In this document: positions 49,537 through 57,871 of the stretch, in pieces | Position numbering within the stretch: the stretch's first letter is position 1 | Layout: each line of letters begins with the position of its first letter | Origin: Candidatus Cryptobacteroides sp. | GTDB taxonomy: Bacteria > Bacteroidota > Bacteroidia > Bacteroidales > UBA932 | DNA: 64,000 nucleotides | Assembly (NCBI GenBank): GCA_051870095.1 | Contig: JBJEBN010000115.1 | Location: 10,000-73,999 of the forward strand | Reading direction: 5' to 3' | Position numbers and translations under genes: made by a program | The notes under the pieces: generated by a model | Database searches by the model: none | Told to the model about the DNA's origin: nothing | The model's input: the letters and a program-made list of their open reading frames with translations, nothing else

Positions 49537-50586
49537 TCAGTTCTTGAAAGGGGCGAGAGCTGCGGTAGGCCTGCCGTCCTTGAATGCTCCGAGGCCGTAA
49601 CCGCCGTTATATCCGTCCGGTGCCTCAGGCTCCCAATAGAACACTCCGAGACAGGTCTTCATGGTGCATGTCTTTGAAAGAAGGTATGAGAGCATTTCCC
49701 TTGACAAGTCAGGAAGGCTTGCAGGCATTCCGACCTCGCAGATCATCACAGGCTTGTTATACAGTCCGGCAAGCATCGGGATATTGGAAATGCACTGCAT
49801 GGTAGCATCTTTCCAATTGGTAGTGAATGCATTGGAAGCATCGTCCCACCAGCAAGGATAGAGCGACATGCCTATGATATCGAATTTGCCGCCACCGCCA
49901 AGAAGAGACGGAATGAGAGTCTTGTAGCGGTATATATCCTGCCCCTGGTCCAAATGGACGATGACCTTGCAGTCTGGATATACAGATTTTGCAGCCTCGT
50001 ATGCAGCCGCCGTAAGACGGCCATAGTTGCGTCCTCCCTCAGCATCGTATTTTCCGAGAGGCCAAAGCATGCCAGTGGTGGTCTCATTGCCGGCCTGAAC
50101 CCATTCCACATCCACTCCGTTGTTTTTCAGAAGAGTAAGCACCTCAACAGTGTGGTCGTAAACTGCCTTGACGAGACCCTCAATGTCATAATCTGCCCAT
50201 GCTGCAGGAGGATCCTGATGGCCCGGATCGGCCCATGTATCGCTGTAATGGAAGTCTATCATTATCTTCATCCCGAGCTGCTGTGCCCGGAGAGCCTTGT
50301 TCAGGACATCTTCCTTGCTGTTCCATCCATCCTTGGGATTCACCCACACCCTATACCTCACGGAATTGAATCCGGCGTCCCTGATGACCTTGGTACATTC
50401 GCTCTCGGCACCGTATGAGTCATAGAACTTCATTCCTTCGGATTCCATCTGGGTCAGCCAGCTTATGTCGGCTCCCTTAGCAAAGAAGGTTTTGTCTGTT
50501 GTGTTCCCTTCCGGATTCTTGTCACAGGAAACCGACAACAATGCCGAACATGCGGCCACAACGGCTATTTTCTTGTAAAGTTTCAT
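49537..50586 (-). CDS. GH53 endo-beta-1,4-galactanase lipoprotein
   Basis: Lipobox LSVSC; GADISW, RYRVWVNP, IDFHYSDTWADPGHQ, VQAGNET (acid/base), MICEVG (nucleophile), GVFYWEP. Start revised from 50634. Confidence 0.92.
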   Translation of the reverse strand: MKLYKKIAVVAACSALLSVSCDKNPEGNTTDKTFFAKGADISWLTQMESEGMKFYDSYGAESECTKVIRDAGFNSVRYRVWVNPKDGWNSKEDVLNKALRAQQLGMKIMIDFHYSDTWADPGHQDPPAAWADYDIEGLVKAVYDHTVEVLTLLKNNGVDVEWVQAGNETTTGMLWPLGKYDAEGGRNYGRLTAAAYEAAKSVYPDCKVIVHLDQGQDIYRYKTLIPSLLGGGGKFDIIGMSLYPCWWDDASNAFTTNWKDATMQCISNIPMLAGLYNKPVMICEVGMPASLPDLSREMLSYLLSKTCTMKTCLGVFYWEPEAPDGYNGGYGLGAFKDGRPTAALAPFKN

Positions 50587-50631
50587 ATCTGTCTCAATTT
50601 GCGGGGGCTTTCCCCTGTTGCACACTGAAGA

Positions 50632-50639
50632 CAAAGTTA
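50632..50639 (-). promoter_or_regulatory. -7 box upstream of GH53
   Basis: Plus strand caaagtta = TAACTTTG. Confidence 0.5.
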
Positions 50640-50663
50640 CACTTTCTCACAAAAAAGCCAAAA

Positions 50664-52130
50664 TCATTTCGAGAATACAGGAATGTCGGCGTTGGGACCG
50701 ACGAAGATGCGTGCCATATCGGCAGTCTTGTACCATTTCGGCTTGCCGGGCATGTCGTCATGGATGAGTTCTCCGTTGATTACGAGGTTCTCGAAGCGGA
50801 CATTGGTGATTTTCCTGTCGGGAGAATAGCCGCAGATAACCGACATCTCCGAGTTCGTGCCGTCGTAGGTGATGTTGCGGAAGGTGACATTGTCGATGCC
50901 GCGGCCAGGGGCCTTGCAATATTTGTCATTGAAGCACACCTTCATGTGAATGAGCTGACCCTGACGGAAATCCTCAACGCGGATGTCTTCGAAAAGCACA
51001 TTGCGGACAAAGTTGTTGTCCCCGCAATTTATTGCCATACAGCCTTGATAATCTACCTGTTTCTCCCTATGGTCGAGGATATCTATATTCTTGTAGGTCA
51101 GATTTTCTATTATTTCATTCTTATCGACATCCCCATGAAGACCTATCATTATTGGGTGGGCCACATCTGCCCAGAGAGTGGAATTGAGCATTGTGATATT
51201 GCTGCATCCTCCCTTGTGTCCGAGGCGGGTCGCATAGACCGTGGTGCAGTCATCCGAATTGCGGCAGAAGCATCCGTCCATCAGGACGTTGCTGCTCGCA
51301 AAAACATTGAGACCGTCTCCCCAGCCGTATGAGCTTATGACCTTTACGTTGCGGATTGTCACCCCGTCGGATTCCCCCGTGGGGACCTGTGTCGAGATGA
51401 TGCCTTCGACTTCAACATTGCGAGATTTTGTCACGACGACACCTGCTCCACGCCCTTCGGGATGGACCCTTCCGCGTCCGTAAATACGCACATTCTCCAC
51501 GCCGATGGCAGCAATCGTACCGAACACGACCGCGCCTCCGGCAACATAAACTGTCTGTCCCGATTGGACTTTCAAAGTATCACCAGCAAGACGATGCACT
51601 CCCGGGCCGAAATAGACGACATCCTTTCGCTGGCGCTCCAACTGTTTGAGTGTCTTTACGTTGTGGCCATCAATCGGATTGTGTTCATCGATGGGATTGG
51701 CGAAAAGGTGAAGGTTATGGAATATGTCGCCGTCCACCTCAATGGAGAGATTGCGGGGGCTGTCGAGGGAGAATGTGAGGGTATTGCCTTCAACCTCAGG
51801 GACGATGCCGTACGACAAAGGGCGGATTCTTGCCTGTTTGACAGGACCGTTTGCCGAAGTGACGGAAATCTCCACCTTGCCGTCAAAGTCGAAATATGCG
51901 AGGGAGGCCTTCTCGATGCAGTGCCTGGTGCCACGGACTTCATCGACTTTCACCATATAGGTCGGGACTTCCTGCCATTCTCCTCCCGGGATACGGGCCT
52001 TCACTTCGAAGTCGGTTTTCATTTCCACGCCTTCGGGGGCAGGATAGGTGGTCAGTGTGTTGGTGTTCTGGGCTGAGAGCGCAATGGCGGAGGCGCAGAG
52101 GATGGTCAGTGGTAGTATTATTCTGTTCAT
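50664..52130 (-). CDS. Secreted beta-helix glycosidase, GH28-like / pectin-lyase fold
   Basis: Signal peptide MNRIILP...; N-terminal extra domain; YFGPGVH, WGDG, NSDDC, AHPI; parallel beta-helix periodicity. Start revised from 52160 because that extension reads through a REP. Confidence 0.7.
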   Translation of the reverse strand: MNRIILPLTILCASAIALSAQNTNTLTTYPAPEGVEMKTDFEVKARIPGGEWQEVPTYMVKVDEVRGTRHCIEKASLAYFDFDGKVEISVTSANGPVKQARIRPLSYGIVPEVEGNTLTFSLDSPRNLSIEVDGDIFHNLHLFANPIDEHNPIDGHNVKTLKQLERQRKDVVYFGPGVHRLAGDTLKVQSGQTVYVAGGAVVFGTIAAIGVENVRIYGRGRVHPEGRGAGVVVTKSRNVEVEGIISTQVPTGESDGVTIRNVKVISSYGWGDGLNVFASSNVLMDGCFCRNSDDCTTVYATRLGHKGGCSNITMLNSTLWADVAHPIMIGLHGDVDKNEIIENLTYKNIDILDHREKQVDYQGCMAINCGDNNFVRNVLFEDIRVEDFRQGQLIHMKVCFNDKYCKAPGRGIDNVTFRNITYDGTNSEMSVICGYSPDRKITNVRFENLVINGELIHDDMPGKPKWYKTADMARIFVGPNADIPVFSK

Positions 52131-52148
52131 GGGGGTTGCATTAATGGT

Positions 52149-52188
52149 AGATCTCTCCATGCGGCCTCCGGCCTTAGTCGAGATGACA
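52149..52188 (-). repeat. TGTC-tagged REP-like palindrome, 40 bp
   Basis: Plus strand agatctctccatgcggcctccggccttagtcgagatgaca; 39/40 identical to 53423-53462. Confidence 0.85.
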
Positions 52189-52196
52189 GGAGACTT

Positions 52197-53372
52197 CTAA
52201 TATTGACGGAGACGGAGGAGGGCTTCGATGAAGTAGTAATCGGCGTAAATGATGGAATAGTCGATCTCAGAGCCTGCCGGACGATGTCCCGTGGAGTGGA
52301 GCAGGAAGGACGGATTTGCATCGCCTGAACGATAGTTCTCATACAGGGAGCGAAGCATCTGCTCAGCCTTGCCACGGTATTCTATTCCCTTTTCAGAATC
52401 AACATACTTTGACAGTTCGAGAAGGGCGGAGGCGACCACTGCAGCAGCTGACGCATCACGGGATACGTTCGGAATGCACGGGTCATTGAAATCCCACCAA
52501 GGTACGAGGTCCTCAGGCAGATTATTCAAATAAACGTCTGTAACCTTGCAGGCAAAATCAAGATAACGAGGGTCCTTAGTGAATCTGTAACACATTGTGT
52601 ATCCGTAGATTGCCCATGACTGACCGCGGGCCCACATGGAATCATCATCATAGCCCTGATGGGTGCATCCACGGATAAAGCCGCCATTCTCCGCATCATA
52701 TACTGCCACGTGATAGCAACTTCCGTCCTCGCGGAAATGGTATTTCATGGTAGTGTCGGCATGCGAAATCGCGATGTCACGAAGCTCCTTGCGACCTCCG
52801 TTCTCGGCTGCCCAGAACAGGGTTTCGAGGTTTATCATGTTGTCCATTATCGTGTTATGGCCGCCAAATGTCGGAACTTCACGAGGCCATGAAAGGATGG
52901 TACCGACCTTGGGATTGAACAGCTCTGCAATCCGTTCGGCTGTGTCGAGAATCACTTGCTTGTATTGAGGATTGCCTGTAAGGCGGTAGGCGTTGCCGTA
53001 GCTGCAGAAAATTATGAATCCGAGGTCATGGTCGTATGGTGGTATCCCGGACAGGAAGCCGAGGGCCTCGGTATATCCTTCGGCAGCCTCACGGATTTTC
53101 TCGTCTTCGGAATATTCATAAGCGTACCAGAGTATGCCTGGCCAGAAGCCTTCAGTCCAAAGTTCCTGACTTACAGGGCGCTGATGCCATACGGTGTCTC
53201 CCGGAGCAATGTTCCGGGGCGAAAGATTGTAGTCGTACGGGGCAAGCTGTCCGAGGGAGCGTTCCGTCTGGGACAGACAATAGTCCAGTGCCTGGCTTGA
53301 AAAATCGTCGCTTGTTTTGCAGGCTGCAACGAGAATGGTTGTACAGATTAACAGTTTTACCGTCGGTTTCAT
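52197..53372 (-). CDS. GH88 unsaturated glucuronyl hydrolase (lipoprotein)
   Basis: Lipobox LVAAC; WTEGFWPG, DHDLGF, IMDNMINLE, WARGQSWAIYG, RDASAAA, YADYYFIEAL. Confidence 0.92.
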   Translation of the reverse strand: MKPTVKLLICTTILVAACKTSDDFSSQALDYCLSQTERSLGQLAPYDYNLSPRNIAPGDTVWHQRPVSQELWTEGFWPGILWYAYEYSEDEKIREAAEGYTEALGFLSGIPPYDHDLGFIIFCSYGNAYRLTGNPQYKQVILDTAERIAELFNPKVGTILSWPREVPTFGGHNTIMDNMINLETLFWAAENGGRKELRDIAISHADTTMKYHFREDGSCYHVAVYDAENGGFIRGCTHQGYDDDSMWARGQSWAIYGYTMCYRFTKDPRYLDFACKVTDVYLNNLPEDLVPWWDFNDPCIPNVSRDASAAAVVASALLELSKYVDSEKGIEYRGKAEQMLRSLYENYRSGDANPSFLLHSTGHRPAGSEIDYSIIYADYYFIEALLRLRQY

Positions 53373-53422
53373 TATTATGGTTTTAATTATTATTCTAATT
53401 GCCTTTTTCGTTTTTGTGGGTC

Positions 53423-53522
53423 AGATCTCTCTATGCGGCCTCCGGCCTTAGTCGAGATGACAGGAGAAGGATTCTACCTGTCATGTCGAGCGGAGACCCG
53501 CAGGGTCGGAGCCGAGACATCT
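53423..53522. repeat. Inverted pair of REP-like palindromes (40 bp + 16-bp spacer + 44 bp)
   Basis: 53423-53462 agatctctct...gagatgaca; 53479-53522 tgtcatgtcgagcggagacccgcagggtcggagccgagacatct; TGTC tags point inward. Confidence 0.85.
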
Positions 53523-55885
53523 TTTCCGATACGGCAGGTCGTGCCGCGGGAGGTCATCACCTTGCCGCAGGAGACGACGCACAAGGTACCGTTGACACTT
53601 ATCCCGTCATGCTTCATCTTCTTCGGGGTGTCGGAGGAGAATATGTAATCAATCGTGCCGTCAGAGAAGATCACCTTCATCCCGACATAGCCTTCCCCAA
53701 AATATTCCACTCTGTCAATCCATAGTTCATCCCCATCGGCAAACGGCTGATATACGGCCACGAAAGGTCTTGTCCAGGCCTCTCCGTCCTGCCTTGCTAC
53801 GAAAGTCTGGCAAGGGGAATTCTTCAGGTCGTATGGCATCGGTATCCTCGTGAGGGCGTCGATTACAGGAGAGAGCGCCTTGAAGATGGTCCTTTCAGGA
53901 GCGCCCTGCATCCACATCTTCATACCAGCCTTGGAACTGTCGTCCCCGGTCATCACGAAACGCCCCTCGACATCATCGGCAGTCCTCGCCTCATGTTTGT
54001 CCCAAAGATAAGAGTAGGCATAGAGGCAAGCCCCTGCAAATGCCAACTCGTCCGTAGGCTTCTGCTCCACATTCAGCGTAAAGTCCTGACCTATGTTGTG
54101 ATAGAAATAATCGTGGAACTTGTCTTTTCCGTCCTGCCTGCGCGAACGGAATATGTCCACAAAATAACCTGCACCCGGACGGGTATTCACCATCATCAGC
54201 TGGCGAAGCTGGTCTGACATGGTCTCAGGCTCGACGAAGGAGAATTCTCCGAAACTCATTCCTTCATTCAAGGCAACTGATTTCCCGTCGGTTCCGTCAG
54301 TCGGTTCAGGATAGCAGTCATTCAGCTTGTAAGGATGGTGCGACTCCATTGCAGGATATGATGACACGCCGTCAACGCAGACCGTGTTATGTGCCGGGAA
54401 CTGGGAATAGAACTCCAGGTAGTCCGGAGTGGTGTAGCCGCTTCCACGGCCGAGGTCAGGGGCCATGTCATAGCCCTTTCCGTAAAGTTCCATGGCTATT
54501 CCGTTGGAGTGCACGTGGTTGCCCTGAGAGCCTATAACACTCATCATCAGGCTGTTCTGCGGATCAGAACCGATTCTGGATGCGAACCAGCTCACGTCTT
54601 CCGACCAGAACACAGGAGTCTGGTAGTCTTCATATCTGCCTGCAGGTACGGCATTCAGATGCTTGAACGAGTATTTCGGCTTGGCGGTATGTCCGTCACC
54701 CCAGCACACTGAAACCCCGTTTGGCAGGAGATATTGCGGCAGGGCCATCGGAGCCTTGGCGAGAATAGGGTAATAGTCCACCAGATCCTCTCCCGTCGTC
54801 CTGTAGAGCAGGTCGGCGAAGGAATCGAACTCGCCGATTACCATTATGGAATAGCTCGGTGACTCCTTCCAAAGCCCTGTCCTGGAATCGAAGCCATAGT
54901 CTATGAGCCTTCCGATGGACCATTGGCGGATGCTGTTCTCGTTCAGGACCTCATTGATGTACCAGTTGCGGCCACGTCCATCTTCAAACGCCTCATTATC
55001 AGGAAGTATCATCGCCATATTCAACACGAAACGAGCCTGTATGAGGTTCCAGTTGTTGTGAGGAACTCCATTTGCGATGATTACATCAGCCCATTTGCGG
55101 AAAGTGTCGTCGTAGATTGCAATCTTTTCCGGTTTCGTCCTGGCAAGATAGTCGTGGATGAAATCGTAACATTCTGCAGCAGGAAGGGCTATGTCTTCGT
55201 GGATGACCTCGAATGAAGTCAGTCCGACAAGGGTCTGCTGATGGGTATGGGCGATGTCAACAGGCATTTTCCGATAATATAGCCCAGTCATATAGGTGTC
55301 GAATATGTCTGCGGCGAATTTTGCGCAGTCCTCGTCACCTTCGGCCCACCACAGGTAGGCGGCATCACGGGCAAGCTTCATTATGGTGAGGTTCATCGAC
55401 TCGACATTGCGGCCCGTCTGTCGAGGGTCGGCCCATTCCATCTGCCCCGTATTCTTGTTGAGCATCCACATTCCGAGGGAATCCTGATAAGGAGGGGTGT
55501 CCTCCAGCGACGGACGGGAATATATGGTCTGGGTTCCACGGGTGGCGGTATATCGAACCGTCGGGACAGGGGCGTGACCTGCCACATGGTCCAGTTTCTC
55601 TCCCTTGATGTAGATTTCGTCTGCGTGGCTGTGCCAATACATCTGGAGGCGGCTCACAATCCATTCCGGGTCGGTCGTATGGCGTTGTATATAACGGTCG
55701 GCACGGTTGTGACAGGTCTTGGACTGGGCTGCAATCTGCTCGGGACTGTCCTGTCCGACTGCCATCCTCGGGTATTCCGCCTTCATCTGCGGAACGGGGA
55801 TGGTTCTTCTGTTTTCGGCTGTCACCACCGTACTACACAGGGCGGCTGCCATCATCAGGGCTGAAATAATCGATTTAGGTTTCAT
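53474..55885 (-). CDS. Heparinase II/III-like putative polysaccharide lyase
   Basis: Signal peptide; alpha-helical middle region (PHNNWN); C-terminal beta-sandwich motifs GNHVHSNG, DLGRGSGY, AHNTVCVDG. ATG at 55885 forms an ATGA overlap with the upstream stop. Confidence 0.68.
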   Translation of the reverse strand: MKPKSIISALMMAAALCSTVVTAENRRTIPVPQMKAEYPRMAVGQDSPEQIAAQSKTCHNRADRYIQRHTTDPEWIVSRLQMYWHSHADEIYIKGEKLDHVAGHAPVPTVRYTATRGTQTIYSRPSLEDTPPYQDSLGMWMLNKNTGQMEWADPRQTGRNVESMNLTIMKLARDAAYLWWAEGDEDCAKFAADIFDTYMTGLYYRKMPVDIAHTHQQTLVGLTSFEVIHEDIALPAAECYDFIHDYLARTKPEKIAIYDDTFRKWADVIIANGVPHNNWNLIQARFVLNMAMILPDNEAFEDGRGRNWYINEVLNENSIRQWSIGRLIDYGFDSRTGLWKESPSYSIMVIGEFDSFADLLYRTTGEDLVDYYPILAKAPMALPQYLLPNGVSVCWGDGHTAKPKYSFKHLNAVPAGRYEDYQTPVFWSEDVSWFASRIGSDPQNSLMMSVIGSQGNHVHSNGIAMELYGKGYDMAPDLGRGSGYTTPDYLEFYSQFPAHNTVCVDGVSSYPAMESHHPYKLNDCYPEPTDGTDGKSVALNEGMSFGEFSFVEPETMSDQLRQLMMVNTRPGAGYFVDIFRSRRQDGKDKFHDYFYHNIGQDFTLNVEQKPTDELAFAGACLYAYSYLWDKHEARTADDVEGRFVMTGDDSSKAGMKMWMQGAPERTIFKALSPVIDALTRIPMPYDLKNSPCQTFVARQDGEAWTRPFVAVYQPFADGDELWIDRVEYFGEGYVGMKVIFSDGTIDYIFSSDTPKKMKHDGISVNGTLCVVSCGKVMTSRGTTCRIGKDVSAPTLRVSARHDR

Positions 55886-57771
55886 ATATTCCAATATACT
55901 ATATATCTTTCACGATGAATGTCATACAGAGGTGAGAGCACCTGTCCCGAAGGGGTCTCGAAATCGAGGGCGGATATTCGGCGGATGCCGTCAAACGTCG
56001 CCTCGTCGAGGGTGTCGTCAATCCCTTCCGGGATATGGTAGTCATATTTGTAATAATCGTTGTACTTCGTTGGGTCCGAATCAGGCTGGCATCCTTCAAA
56101 TCCTTCAGTTCCGAGCCTTGCGGCCATCAGAAGAGGACCATAGAAGATTGCGGCCTTGCCCGGGTCCGAAGCCATTCTCTCCAGACGGAGGGTCATAGGG
56201 AAATGAAGTTCCACGATGTCGCCGTCCTTCCAATTGCGCCTGATTGAGGCATATTCCCCGCTCCTGCATCTGATTTTCCTGCCGTTCACCTTGATGAGGG
56301 GGTTGTCACACCATTTCGGACAACGGATGAGGATGGTCGCATCGACCGGTCTGCCGCATCCTATCTTCAATGAGGAGACCTCCGATTCCGGGAATGCCGT
56401 GCTTTGGGTAAGGGTCAGGCCCTTGGCCTTCCAATCGAGGACGGAAGGTATCATCAGGTTCACATACAAAGAGTCGTCATTGTGGAAATAAATGCTTTCA
56501 GCATATTTGGCATGGCTCTCGAAGCCGCTTCCCACACAGCACCAGAATGAATTCTCAGGGGTGCTGTACACCTTGTGGGACCCTGATCTGAGCGGCAGGA
56601 AGTAGGCTACCATACCTGTCTGAGGGTCCTGCTGGCCGAGGATATGGTTGTAGAGTGCCCTTTCATAGTACTTGGCGACATCGGCAGAAGGATTCCAGCA
56701 GAAAATATGCTTGGTGAGCTTGAGCATATTGTATGTGCAGCAGGTCTCGCCAGTGTAGCCCGAGATGTGCGAGGACATGGTCTCCGGGGCGAAATAATGC
56801 TCCTTGTCGCTGCAGCATCCCGGTGCGAATGTATGGCCTTCCATCATGCAGTGCCAGAAGAACTCGGCAGCCTTGCGGGATGTCGCGGAGCCGGTGATTT
56901 CATATTCGCGGGCTTCTGCTATCACCTTAGGTATGAATGTGTTGGTGTGTTTCGTTCCGAAATCTTCGCGTCCTTCGCGCAGAGGTTCTATGACATCGTT
57001 GTGGAAAAACCACCGTGCAAGGAACTTGTGATTTTCGTCGGAGGTTATGGAATACAGGTTCCAGAAAGCCTCCGGCATTCCTCCGAACTCGTTGCGGATC
57101 ATCAGGCGGCGGGTGTCCTCATCGAGTCCGTTGAGTTTGCCGTATGCCCAGTCCGCCATCGAGACGGCGATTTGCAGGGCGTCATCGTTGCCTGCATACA
57201 GATATTGGTCTATAAGGCCCGAGAGAATCTTGTGGAGGGTGTACCACGGAGCCCATACCCTCTGTCCTTTCAGGTTCCTGTCTATCAGGCCTTCAGGGAA
57301 GGCGCTCAGGTAGCCGTTGCCGTTTGCCTCCTGCACAATCTTCAGTCCGGCTACAAGGCTGTCTCCCTTCATCTTGAAACATTCGCTTCCCGTAGCCGCA
57401 TACATCAGGGCTGATGCCGAGAGGATGTGGCCGGTGGTATGGCCTCGAAGTTCGCAGTCGAGGGATTCCCATCCGCCGAGTTTCTTCACGGTCATATATC
57501 CCCCTTCAAGCCCTGCCCAGACACCAGCGGAAGTGCGGAAGCTGTGAAGGAGACGGTCTGCGGAGATTGACATCAGCCAGGCTGAGTCGCGCTGCATGTT
57601 CTCGCGGAAGCGGCTGTCAGTCAACCTGACGTCGCGCAGGTCGAAGGCCTCGGCCTTGGTGGTCACGGCGGACGAGACCTTGCCGTCGAACTGGCCCGGG
57701 TAAACAGATTGGGACCATATCGGGGTGGCGAGGAGAATTGCCAATATTGTTATTGATAGTTTTTGTCTCAT
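55882..57771 (-). CDS. GH127/GH146-like beta-L-arabinofuranosidase
   Basis: GGWES, LRGHTTGH, PWYTLHKI, EFGGM, HTNTFIP, GETCCTYNMLK and FWCCVGSG (catalytic Cys/Zn motifs). Confidence 0.88.
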   Translation of the reverse strand: MRQKLSITILAILLATPIWSQSVYPGQFDGKVSSAVTTKAEAFDLRDVRLTDSRFRENMQRDSAWLMSISADRLLHSFRTSAGVWAGLEGGYMTVKKLGGWESLDCELRGHTTGHILSASALMYAATGSECFKMKGDSLVAGLKIVQEANGNGYLSAFPEGLIDRNLKGQRVWAPWYTLHKILSGLIDQYLYAGNDDALQIAVSMADWAYGKLNGLDEDTRRLMIRNEFGGMPEAFWNLYSITSDENHKFLARWFFHNDVIEPLREGREDFGTKHTNTFIPKVIAEAREYEITGSATSRKAAEFFWHCMMEGHTFAPGCCSDKEHYFAPETMSSHISGYTGETCCTYNMLKLTKHIFCWNPSADVAKYYERALYNHILGQQDPQTGMVAYFLPLRSGSHKVYSTPENSFWCCVGSGFESHAKYAESIYFHNDDSLYVNLMIPSVLDWKAKGLTLTQSTAFPESEVSSLKIGCGRPVDATILIRCPKWCDNPLIKVNGRKIRCRSGEYASIRRNWKDGDIVELHFPMTLRLERMASDPGKAAIFYGPLLMAARLGTEGFEGCQPDSDPTKYNDYYKYDYHIPEGIDDTLDEATFDGIRRISALDFETPSGQVLSPLYDIHRERYIVYWNI

Positions 57772-57785
57772 TTTGTATTTCGTTC

Positions 57786-57870
57786 AGATCTCTCCATTCA
57801 CTTCGTTCAGTCGAGATGACAGGGTATGTCATTTCGACTGAAGGTGCGCAGCACCGTAATGGAGAAATCT
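57786..57870. repeat. Inverted pair of REP-like palindromes (36 bp + 5-bp spacer + 44 bp)
   Basis: 57786-57821 agatctctccattcacttcgttcagtcgagatgaca; 57827-57870 tgtcatttcgactgaaggtgcgcagcaccgtaatggagaaatct. Confidence 0.85.
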
Positions 57871-57871
57871 A

